From an uncultured bacterium (GTDB lineage Bacteria; Acidobacteriota; Thermoanaerobaculia; Multivoradales; JAHZIX01): a stretch of 64,000 nt of DNA. This document shows positions 11,201-23,200 of the stretch, in pieces; positions within the stretch are counted from its first letter, which is position 1, and the number at the start of each line of letters is the position of its first letter. A program made the translations under genes and the position numbers. The DNA is taken from the NCBI GenBank assembly GCA_965368975.1, contig CBDUPA010000019.1:64001-128000 (forward strand), in the 5' to 3' direction. The notes beneath the pieces are model-generated. The model did not search any database. It was given only the letters and a program-made list of their open reading frames with translations, and had not been told where the DNA came from.

Positions 11201-14200
11201 ACTGGGGTCCTGCGTCGAGGAGGCAGTCAGGTAGGCGATCAGGCGTGAATCGCCGCCCGCCGTGCGCTGGGCGACGACCACCGCGTCCGCGACTTCCGGC
11301 AGGCGTCGCAGCACGTCTTCGATCTCCCCCAACTCGATGCGCAGGCCCCGTACCTTGACCTGAAAATCGATGCGTCCCAGAAAGTCGATCGCACCGTCGC
11401 CGCGATGGCGAGCCAGGTCGCCCGTGGCGTAGGCACGGGCGCCGCCGGTACCGTCCTCCGGGAAGGGATCGGGACGGAACGCGGCGGCGGTCAGCGCCGG
11501 TCGACGCAGGTAGCCGCGCCCCACGTTGACGCCGGCGATCCACAGCTGCCCCGGCACCAGCGCCGCCACCGGTCGCAGGCTGGCGTCCAGGAGGTGGATA
11601 CGCGTGTTGGCGATCGGTCGACCGATGGGCAGCGTCGTGGCGCTCGGGCGGCAGGTCCAGCGCGTCACGTCGACCGCGGCCTCGGTCGGACCGTAGAGAT
11701 TCTCCAGCCGCGCGCCGCGACGGGGATCCAGCTGTGCCAGCGTGCGCTCGGCCAGGGACACGGGCAGCGCTTCTCCACTGGTCACCACCAGGCGCGGCCC
11801 CCAGGGTCGCTGGGTAGCCTCTTCCGGTGCCGCGTCCACGTAGAGCTGCAACATCGACGGCACGAAGTGCAGCACGCTGATGCCAGCGCGCCGGATCAGC
11901 GCTGCCAAGTACGCCGGATCGCGGTGGCCTCCGGGTCGCGCCAGTACCAGGCGTGCGCCTTCGAGCAGGGGCCAGAAGAGTTCCCACACGGAGACATCGA
12001 ACGTCACCGGCGTCTTCTGCAACACGACGTCGCCCGGGCCCAGCTCGTAGGCCGTTTGCATCCAGCGCAGGCGGTTGTCGATGCTGCGATGGCTGATCAT
12101 CGCCCCCTTCGGCTTGCCGGTCGAGCCGGAGGTGTAGATGACATAGGCGAGCTGGTCCGCCCCGGCATCCGCCGGCACGAGTTGGTCTGCCCCGGCATCC
12201 GCCGGCACGAGTTGGTCTGCCCCGGCATCCGCCGGGATCCGGGCCACCGCGTCCGGCGAGCGTGCACCCGCAGGGCTCGACACGTCCAGCTCCAGGCACG
12301 GCGGTGCCGGCTGCGGCAGCAATGGCCGTAGGGCATCGACCCGCGCGCGCAGCGCCGCGACGGTCACGATGGCGACGGGCTCCGCGTCGCCGACGATCTC
12401 GGCCAGGCGCGTCGGCGGATGCTCCGGGTCCAGTGGCAGATAGGCACTGCCGCTGAGCAGCGTGCCGAGCAGTGCGATTGACAGCTCCGCCGAACGCTCC
12501 AGGCACAGCGCCACGCGGCGGTCGGGACCGGCACCGAGGGCCTGCAGGCGCGCCGCCAGGTGGCAGGCTCGACGCCAGAGTTCGGCGTAACTCACATGCT
12601 GAAGACCGGCGACCAGGGCGACCACGTCCGGCAGGCGTTCGACCGTGGCGGCGACGCGCCGATGCAGGTAGCGGGATCCGTCGGCCGGCCACGTGACACG
12701 CGTGTCGTTCCAGGCGTAGCGCAGCTGGTGGTGCTCAGCGCGGCTGAGCAGCGACCGCGCATGGCGCGGCAGGTCGGGCTCTGCGGAAGCCGCCACCAGC
12801 GCCTCCAGCGTCCGCCGGTACCAACCCGCCCACTGGCGCACCTGGGCCGGGTGCAGGCGCTCACGCCGGTATTGCAGCTCCAGCGTCGGCCGGCCGTCGC
12901 CGGCATTGCGGCCGGTCTGCACCATGAGCGTGAAGTCGGTCTCGGCGAAGGTGTGGACCGCCAGCGTCTCGAGACGCTCGGCGAGGTTGTCGGCCGAGGC
13001 CAGAACGTGGAAGTGGATGTAGTTGAAGGCCACTTCGAACAAGGCACTGCCGTCCGCCAGCCGCCGTTGCAGCTCGGCCAAGGGCAGGCGGCGATACGGC
13101 AGCATGGCCACTTCGGCGTCGTAGACCGAGCGAATCAGCTGACGCCAGCTGCCCCCGTGCCGCGCCGACGGCAGGCGCAGGCGCAGCGGCAGGGTGTTGA
13201 GGAACAAGCCCATCGTGCGTTCGCTGTCGGCACCTTCCGGACGCCCGTTGCTGACCAGACCGGTCATCACGTCGCGGCTGCCGCTCAGCTGCTCCAGGAC
13301 GTGCAGGTGAACGGCCAGCAACACGGACTTGAGCGTCACGCCGATAGCGCGCGCCAGGGCCTCGAGCGCCGCCGTGTCCGGCATCGGTACCTCGATCACG
13401 TCGACGCCTGGCGGCTGGTCGGCCAAAGTCCCGGCACGAGGCAGGCGCAGCATCTCGGCCCCCGCCAGCTGGCGGCTCCAGAAATCCCAGGCCTCGCGAC
13501 TCGGCTCTCGATTGGCCAGCATCTGCCGCTCCAGCTGCACGAAGTGCCTGTACGGTGGTGCTGGCGGTGTTGCGTCCCGGGAGGCGGTACCAAGCAGCCG
13601 CTGGACCTCGGAGAAGACCTCGGTCAACCAGCTGGCGATGCTCCAGCCATCGATGATCGCGTGGTGCTCGCTCCAGCCGAAGACGAAGCTGCCGTCCCCG
13701 TAGGGCAACAGCCAGACCCGCAGCAGCGGTGGTCGACGGACGTCGAAACGCGCTCGCTGCTCGGCCTCGAAGCGCCGCGCCCGCTGGCGCTCGCGGTCCT
13801 CGGGTGCCAGCGCCGACAGGTCGCAGACGCTGAAGCGCACCGGTGCCCGTCGCGCCACGAGCTGCAGCGGCTCGTCGAACCTGTCGAGATCGAAGCTGGT
13901 GCGCAGCGCCGGATGCCGGTCGGTCACCGCTTCCAGCGCCCGTTGCAGGGTTCCGGGGTTCACGTCGCCGCGCAGGTGCAGGGCCGAGACGTTGTGGTAG
14001 ACCGCTCCCGGCTCGGCAGAAGGTTCGGCAGCTGTATCGGGGCTCGCGTGCTCGGTGAAGTAAAGCATGCCGAGCTGCAGCGCCGACACCGGATAGGCGT
14101 CCTCCAGCTCCGTTTCCCGGTCTTGCAACCGCTGCCGGTCGGCGTTCGTCAGCAACTCGAAGGGGCCGGCCCAAGCCTCCTGATCCGGCGCCGCGCCCTC

Positions 14201-17200
14201 TGCCTGTTCAGCGCCCATCACCCGTGAAACCGTCGCCAGCTGGGCCACCGTCGAGTGCGTGAAGAGGTCGCCGAAGCCGATCTCCAATCCTTGCTCGGCC
14301 GCCTGGGCCCCGACGCGCAAGCTGAGGATCGAATCGCCGCCGAGGCTGAAGAAGTTGTCGTGACGCCCGACCCGCTCCAGGCCCAGCACGCGGGCGAACA
14401 CCGCCGCCAGCCGGATCTCCGTCTCCTCCACCGGGGCCTCGTAGGCGATTTCGCGGCTCAGCCCACCGTCCGGCGCCGGCAGAGCGCGCCGATCGACTTT
14501 GCCGTTGGGCAACAAGGGCAAGGCGTCGAGACGCAGCCACAGCGCCGGCACCATGTAGTCCGGCAGGCGGCTGCGCAGGTGAGCTCGGAGGTCTTCCTGC
14601 CAGCTGTCTTCGCCGCGGGTGTCCGACGCGTCCAGGACCACGTAGGCCACCAGGCGCGCGCTGCCGGCAGAGCCCCCGGTGCGGTGCGCGACCACCACGG
14701 CGTCGCGCACCCGCGGGTGCTCGTCGAGCGCCGCTTCGATCTCGCCCAGCTCGATGCGCAACCCGCGGATCTTGACCTGGTGGTCGATACGCCCGAGGAA
14801 GTCGATCTCGCCATCCGGCTTGTAGCGGGCCAGGTCACCCGTCCGGTAGAGACGCGCGCCCCGGTCCAAGCTCTCCCCTTCTCCTCCCCGAGCTGGAACG
14901 AACACTTCCGCCGTCTTGGCAGGGCGTCGCCAGTAGCCGCGAGCCAGCTGGACGCCGCCGATGTGCAGCTCACCACCGACCCCGATCGGTACCGACTCAC
15001 CTTGACGGTCGAGCAGCAGAATTCGCGTGTTGGTCACCGGCCGGCCGATGGGCACACCGGCAGCGAGCTCGTCCGGCGTGCAGCAGTGGTAGGTGACGTC
15101 GACGGCGGCTTCGGTGGGACCGTAGAGATTGTGGAGACCGGCTCCCGGCAAGCCAGCATCGCTCAGGAGCGGCAAGGGCAAGCGCTGCAACAGGCGACGC
15201 GCCAGGGGACCCGAGAGCGCTTCACCGCTGGTCACGACGCGGCGCAGCGAACGGCACGCCGGCAGATCCGGCTGGTCGACGAAGACCTGCAGGAGCGACG
15301 GCACGAAGTGCAGCGTGGTGATCGCCTGGCGGCGGATCAGCCAGGTCAGGTAGGCCGGATCCTTGTGCCCGCCGGGCTTGGCCAGCACCAGGCGCACGCC
15401 TTCGAGCAGCGGCCAGAAGAACTCCCACACCGAGACGTCGAAGCTGGCTGGCGTCTTCTGCAACACCACGTCGCCCGCATCGCCACCTGTACCCGGAGTG
15501 CCGGCATTCAGCTGGTACTGCTGCTGCATCCAGGCCAGGCGGTTGCAGATCGCGCGGTGGCTGTTCATCGCGCCCTTGGGCTTGCCGGTCGAGCCGGAGG
15601 TGTAGATGACGTACGCGAGATGCTCCGGCTTCGACTCCGTCCACGGCTGCATCTCATCGGGGGCCGCGGCCAGGTCGGTGTGCGAGTCCGGCATCTCGAC
15701 GCCACCGTCCGGCGCCAAGCGCAGCACCGCGGCACCACGATCGACGGCCTGCTGTTGCAGCTGCGGCACGGCGTGGGGCTGCACGAGCAGAATGCCACCC
15801 TGGTCGCTACTCTGCTCGCTGCCCTGGTCGCTGGTGGGGTCGTCGTGGCCCAGTTGGTTGGCCCAGGCATCGTCGAGCATGAAGGCAAGGCGCTCGTGCG
15901 GATAGTCGGGATCGAGAGGGACATAGGCCGCTCCGGCGCGCAGCACGCCGAGCAGGGCGACCATCAACTCCGGCGAGCGCTGTAGACACACCGCCACTAC
16001 CTGGTCCGGGCCAGCCCCGACTCGACGCAGCCGCGCGGCCAGCGCCGTGGCACGGCGATCCAGCTCGCCAAAGCTGAGCCAACGCCGGCCGCAGACGACG
16101 GCGGTCCGCTCCGGCACTCGACGCGCGCGGGCGGCGATGCGTTCGTGCAGCACTGCGGGTTCCCGGCCGGGGTGCTCGGCAAGGTTGGGCGTCTCGTTCC
16201 ACTCGATGAGGAGCTGATGACTCTCGGACTTGCCGAGCAGCGACAGCGCCTCGATCGGCAAGTTCGCCCGTGAAGAGTCCTCCTCGCCGACCGACGCCAG
16301 ACCTTCGAGCAGACGGAGCAAGTGCCCGAGCAGTCGCAGCGCCTCGGTCGACACGAAACGCGAGCGCTGGGACAGCAGGCGCAGTTCCAGACGCTGGTCG
16401 CGCCCCGGCACCACCAGCAGGCTGAGCGGATAGTGCGGCTGTTCGCGTGCCGCCACCTCCTCGACCTGCAAGCTCGAAGGCTCGTTGGATGCGCTGTGAT
16501 CGGCTTCCAAGGGATAATTCTCGAACGCCAGCAAGGTCTCGAACAGCGACCGGCCGGCCGGCACCTGGCTCCAGGCCTGCAGCCGCGCCGGAGGCGTCGC
16601 CTCGTAGGCCCGCTGCTCGACCTGGGCCCGCTGCAACGCCTGCAGCCAGGGAACCAGCGGTCGACCGTCGAAGTGCACGCGCACCGGCAGCGTGTTGATG
16701 AACAGGCCAACCATCTCTTCGATACCCGGCAGCGGCGCCGAACGACCCGCGGTCACGGCACCAAAGACGACATCGGGAACACCTCCATCCGATGCCCCCT
16801 CCGTAACACCGGCATGCACCGCCAGCAAGCGGGCCCAGGCGCCCTGGAACAACGTGTTGAGGGTCAGACGGTGGCGGCGTGCGAAGGCTTCGAGTGCCTG
16901 TACCAGGTCGTGGGACAGCGGCTGTCGACGGTCGTCGAACGCATGGCCTTCGTCGGCTCTTCCATCACCAGAGGCCACAACAGCACCCGACGTCGGCCCT
17001 GACGCCGGCAGGGGCGTCGGCTCGTCGAAGCCGGCCAGGTAGGCGCGCCAGAAACGCTCCTCGGCCGTCGCGTCGCGACCTTCCAGGTACTCGGCGTAGC
17101 GCTGGAACGGTGGTGGTGGCGGCGCCAGTGCGGCGCCGGCATAGAGCGCCCGCACTTCGCCCAGCAAGCGCGGCAGCGACCAGCCGTCCATCAACGCGTG

Positions 17201-20200
17201 GTGATGACTCCACAGGAAGCGGTAGCGCGTCGCCCCCTCCGCCTGTGAAGACGTCAACGCTGCGAACTCACGCGCCAGCAGCAGCCGCATCAGCGGCGCG
17301 GCACCGGCGGCAAAACCCTGGCGACGGTCGGCGTCGGCGAGGCCCTGCCACTCTGCCACACGGACAGGTTCCGGCAAGCGGCTCAGGTCGACTACCTGCA
17401 GCGGCAGCGGGTGCAGCGCCAGCGGGGATCCGCCGTCCGCCAAAGAATCTGACCAGGAATCCGACCAGGACGGCCACGCCCGCACCGCCTGCAGCGGCGT
17501 CTCGGTGTCGAGCGCGAAGAAGCCGGTGCGCAGGACCGCGTGGCGCTCGAGTAGCTGGTGCCAGGCGCGGTGGAAGGCCTGCACATCGAGGCCCGGGGCC
17601 AGGCGCAGCGTCAGCTGCTGGACGTAGAGCCCCTGGCCCGGCGCGCGCAAGCTGTGGAATAGCATGCCCTGCTGCATCGGCGTCACGGGATAGATGGCTT
17701 CGGGACGCCGGCCGTCGAGCGTCATGCGGACTAGCAGGTCGCGTGCGGCTGCCGCCAGCTCTTCGAGTGCCGAGGTCAGGCCATCGAGCAGCAGCTCGAC
17801 GGTCGCCCGCTGATGCCGGCTCGGCGCATAGCGCAGCGTCATTTCCAGGCGACCTTCGCGCACCGCGGCTTGCAGCTCCAACGCCAGGGGCCGCGGCAGC
17901 TCGGGGTCGACCTGCGGGCCGATCCAGGCCGGCACGTCCAGCCTCGGCTCCCAGAGCTGCGAACCGCCGGCAGCGTCGAGACGTCCCAGGTAGTTGAAAC
18001 CCAGGGTCGGCCGCGCCTTGGGGATCGGCGTCGGGAGCCCCTGCAGCACGCCCCATTCCGCGCGGCCATCCAGGCCGGCCAAGGCCCCCATTTCTGAGGA
18101 ATGACCGTCTGAGGCATGACTATCCGTAGCGTCACCCGGCCCGGGAGCGACACCGCGACGCAGCTCGTCCTGCGCCGTCCGTACCTTTTGTAGCGCCTCT
18201 GCCGGCTTCGCCGTGCCAGCACTCGCAGGCTGCAGCACCAGCGGAGTCTGCACGGTGAACCAGCCCGCGGTTCGGCTGACGTCGAGGGCACCGTCCAGCA
18301 ACACGTCGCGACCGTGGCCTTCGAGCTCGACCAGCAGAACCGGATGCCGCCGGTGCTGGCCTTCTGCCGGGCCGTCTGCTGGCTTCTCGAGTGGCTCCGC
18401 CTGCAGGTGTCGCGGCCAGGCGCGCAGCAGGGCGCTGAGCACGGCGTCGGCCAGGCTGCCGCCGTAGACACTCAGCGCATCCGTCAGCAGCGTTCCGGTG
18501 AGGTCGGTACTGAGGCGCCGCTCGACGCTCGCCTGCCGACCGAAGGTGTCAACTTCGGGCGAAGCAGTTTCGCGAGCAGCTCGGACATCTTCGGGCAGGT
18601 GCAGCACCGGCGCCGCCAGGTATGCCGCCCAGGCTGCCGCCCGTGCGGGAGCTTCCGGTGCCGCCGCGAGCTCGGCCAGGTGGCGACTCCAGGCGGTCCA
18701 GGGCGCCGTCTTGGGTGGTAGTCGACGCTCCAGGACGAGTGATTCCAGGTCGTCGAGCAGCAGGCGCCACGAGACCGCGTCGACCACCAGGTGGTGGCAC
18801 AGCCAGATCAGATACTCCTGAATGGGCGACTCCTCACGAGGAGATACACCCAGGACATGCAGCAGCCGCACCAGCGGTCCGCGTGCCGCGTCGAACGACG
18901 CCTGCGCTCGCGTCGCCAGGCGCTGCGCTTCGGCGGGCCGCCTCTCGGCGGGCAGGCCGCGCAGGTCGAGACAGGCGTACGGCGTTTCCGCGCGCGCCAG
19001 CGGCGGCAGGATCAGCGGCTCGCCAGCATTGTCCTCGGTTGCGGAGGCCCCTTCCGCCGGGACCCGCCAGACCAGGCGCAGCGCGTCGTGGTGACGCAGC
19101 AGACGGCCGAGCGCTCGATCGAGATGCCCCGGAGACACCTGGCGAGACGGCTGCAGCAACAAGGCTTGGTTGAAGTGAGCGGGCGCCCCGAGATTTCGCC
19201 ACCAGCGCTGGATCGGGGTCGGCGGTGTTGGGCCACTCACGGGACCCTGCTCCGCCTCGGGGCGAGCGCGCTCGGGCGACGCTTGCAGGTGCGCGGCCAG
19301 GCGGGCGACGCTCGGGTGTGCGAAGACGTCGCGCGCGTCCAGCTGCACTCCGGCTTGCTGCGCGCGGGCCACCAGCTGGATGGTCAGGATGGAGTCACCA
19401 CCCAGGGCGAAGAAATCGGCCTCGGCGTCGAAGGCTTCCAGATCCAGTTCCGCGCCTGCTGCCTGCAGGCCCAGCACTTGGATCCAGATCTCGGCCAGGC
19501 GACGCTCGAGGTCGCCCGCGGGTGGCCGGCCTACGGTACGGGTCGCACCCGCAGCACTCCCAACCCCGCCAAGCGCCGCCGAGCTGAGCTGCGGTGCCGG
19601 CAAGGCTTTCATGTCGAGCTTGCCACTGGCCAGCAAGGGCACGGTGTCCAGCACCACGAAGGCGGCCGGCACCGCGTAGTCCGGCAGGTGGGCCGCCGCC
19701 AGCTGGCGCAGGTCGTCGGCGGCCGGATCGGCGCTGCCCGCCGGCGTCACGTAGGCGGTCAGCAGGCGCTCGCCGGGGTGATCCTTGCGCAGCACCACCG
19801 CCGCCTCGCGCACCGCCGGGTGCTGGCGCAGCACGGCCTCGATCTCGGCCGGTTCCAGGCGGAAGCCGCGCAGCTTGATCTGGCGGTCGGCACGGCCCAG
19901 GAACTCCAGCTCGCCGCGAAAATCGCGCCGGGCCAGGTCTCCGGTGCGATAGAGCCGGCCACCTGCCACGCTGGCTTCGACGCCATCCGGAACGAACGCT
20001 TCGATGCCATCCGGAACAAACACCGTCGCCGTCTGCGCCGGACGGCCGAGATAGCCGCGTGCCACGCCGGGCCCACCGAGCACCAACTCGCCAGCGACGC
20101 CGCGCGGCACCGGTTGCTGGCCCAGTGCCTCCGCACCTGTCGCCAGCAGGTACAGGCGGACTCCGGCCAGGGGGTGTCCCAAGCGCAGGTTGCCCTGGCT

Positions 20201-23200
20201 TGCCGGAGCGGCGCCAGCGGAACGGCGCAGCACGTCCAGGTTGCGCGCCTCGATGGCGGTCGCGGTGACGGTGGTTTCGGTCGGGCCATAGGACGACAAG
20301 AAGTCCATCGGCCAGGGTGCCAGCCCGGCCCAGGTGCGCAGGTGCGCGTGTGGCACGCTCTCGCCACCGGTCAGGCACAGGCGCAGACGGCGCGGCAGCG
20401 GCAGGCCGTGGGCCGCCGTGTCGTCGACCCAGGCGCGCCACAGCGCAGCCGGCAGGTCGAGCACCGTCAAGCCATGGCGCGCGGCGTAGCCGAGCAGAGC
20501 CCGCCCGACCAGCAGGCGCGGCTGGCGCGGGATCAGCAACCCGGCACCGGCGCCGAGCGCCGGGAAGGTCTGCAGAACCGAGGCGTCGAAGCTGAGCGGC
20601 GCGAAGAGCATCAGGCGGTCCGCGGGAGTGAGCGCGAGCTGCCGGCGGAAGGTGGCGGCGAAGCCACCGGCGGAGGCCTGGCTGATCACGACGCCCTTGG
20701 CGGCACCCGTGGTGCCGGAGGTGTAGATCACGTAGGCGGCCGCCTGCGGATGGACCAGGCCCTGCTCCACCGCGACCGCCGCCGCATCCACCTCGTCGGC
20801 ATCGTCCTGAGGAGCGTCGTCCGACGTGGCATCCTCCAAGCGTGCCACCGTGGCGACACCCAACTCGGCCGCGAGAGCGGCATGCTCGGCGTCGGTCAAG
20901 ACCACGGCGAAGGCGGCGTCGGCGGCGAGCTGCTGCAAGCGCGACGGCGGAGCTTGGGGATCCACCGGCACGTACGCGGCGCCCGCCATGAGCACGCCGA
21001 GAATGCCGGTGAGGGCCCGCGGCGTGCGCTCGGCGAGCAGGCCGACGCGATCGTCCAGGCCGACCCCGGCCGCGCGCAGTCTGCCGGCGACGGCACGCGC
21101 GCCACAGACGAGCGCGGCGAAGCTGAGGTGGTGACGACCGGCGAGCAGGGCCACGGCGTCCGGACGCTGCGTCGCCTGCGCCACGACCGGCCCGTGTAGG
21201 CTGGGGCCGTGTAGGCTGGGGTCGGGCGAGTGAGGTACCGGGAGACCCTGGTATTCGAACAACAGTGCCTGGCGCTCGGTCGGCGGCAAGGCAGGCAGTG
21301 CCCCGAGTCGTGTCTCGCTGTCGACCGCCGCCGGCAACACCGTCCCGAGCAGCCAGTGCAGCTGGTGCAGCAGGGCACCGACCGCGACCGGCTCGAAGGC
21401 CTGCCACTGCGCGTCCAACTTCAGGTGCAAGCCCGCCGCCGCGCCGTCGGCACCCGCCGCCGGCTCGGCGATCAGGGTCAGGGGATAGTTCGTCTGCTCG
21501 CGCATGTGGGCGCGCCGGACGCGCAAGTCCTGCCCAGCCTGCTGGCTGGCGAGACGGTCGACCGGGTAGTTTTCGAACACCAGCAAGGTGTCGAACAGCT
21601 GCTCACCGGCAGGCAGGGGGCTCCAGCGCTGGACGTCGGCGAGCGCGACGTACTCGTGCTCGCGCACCTGCGCCTGTCGCGTCTGCTGCTGGTGCAGCCA
21701 CGACGTCACACGCTGGCTCGGTGCCAGGCTCAGGCGCACCGGCAAGGTGTTGATGAACAGCCCGACCATCTGGTCGATGCCGGACAGGTCAGCCTCGCGT
21801 CCCGACGACACGGCGCCGAAGACGATGTCCCGGTCGCCGCTGAAGCGTCCCAGCACCAGGCCCCAGGCTGCCTGCACCCAGGTGTTGAGCGTGACCCCGG
21901 CGTGGCGCGCGGCGGCGCTGACGGCCTCGGCCTGAGCGGCGCTCAGGTGCACCGAGCGCGCGAAATGGCCACCGTCTTGCTTGCCGGTCTCGGAACGGTC
22001 GTCCGTGCCCGCTTCCGCGGTGCTTGCTTCCACGGGCCGCTGTACAGCCAGCCGCGTGGGGGCACGCAAGCCGTCCAGGGTCGTGCGCCAGAACGTCTCC
22101 GCGGCGGCAGGATCACGCTCGGCCAGATCGCGCTCAGCCAACCAGGCGATGAAGTCGCGGTACGGACGAGCCGGAGCCAGGGACGTCGATGCGCCTCTCC
22201 GGCCTTCGCCCGTGGCGCGGGCACGACTTCCTGCCGCATAATGGGCAAGATCACCCGCCAGATCCCGGATCAGCAGGGCCATGGACCAGCCATCGAGCAG
22301 CAGGTGGTGGTGACTGCACAGCAACGCCGGTCCTTCCTCAGCGCGCGAGATCCACAGTAGGCGCAGCAAGGGCGGTCTCTGCAGGTCGAAGCCATGGCGG
22401 CGATCGGCAGCCAGCAGCTGGTCGAGTGCCCACGCGCAATCGTCGGTGCGCAGACCGTCGAGTTCGATACGGCTCCAGGGCAGCGGCACCTGGCGGTAGA
22501 CCGCCTGCAACGGCTGCGACCGATCCAGCCCCAGGATGCCGGTGCGCAACATCGGCTGCCGCGCCAGCAGTCGACGCCAGGCGGCAGCCATTGCGAGAGG
22601 AAGCGCCGCGGCGTCGAAGCTACCGTCGGTTTGCGGCTCCAGTTCGAGCAACATCTGCCCGACGTAGGCACCGTCGGTGGGGGCCTGCAGGCTGTGAAAA
22701 ATCATGCCGCGCTGCATCGGTGCCAGCGGATACAGATCCTCGATCGCTCCCCCCGCACGCTCTTGCAGCGACAGCAGCTGCGCGGTCTCGGCGGGATTGT
22801 CCGCGAAGCCCGCCAGCGGCACGTCCTCGGGCCACAGGCGCAGAGCCTGGGCCGAGTCGCCGTACTGCACCAGCTCGGCCAGGCGCTGACGGAAGCGCTC
22901 GGCACGCGCCGGCATGCTCGCCCCGGCTTCAGCGCCGTCCGGATAGGTCCAGCGCAAGCACAGCCGGCCTTCGATCACCGCGCCGTTGATCTCGTACGCG
23001 TGCGGACGCGGCTGCCGTGGGCTGCGCAGGCTCCGCACGGGTCGATCCAGAGGCTGCCACCGTCCCGCCTCTCCGGAACCGGACTGGCCGGAACCGGCCC
23101 GGCCGCTGCCCGTCAAGCCAGCGCCACCTGCCTGGCCGAGATAGTTGAACACCAGGTGCCGGGGCGGCAGGTTGGCCAGTGCCTTGGACGCGTGCGGCGG

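Noticed and set aside
12148-12235. 30-bp repeats as a possible CRISPR array
   Set aside because: The copies are directly adjacent with no spacers, in frame within an A domain, and there are no cas genes.
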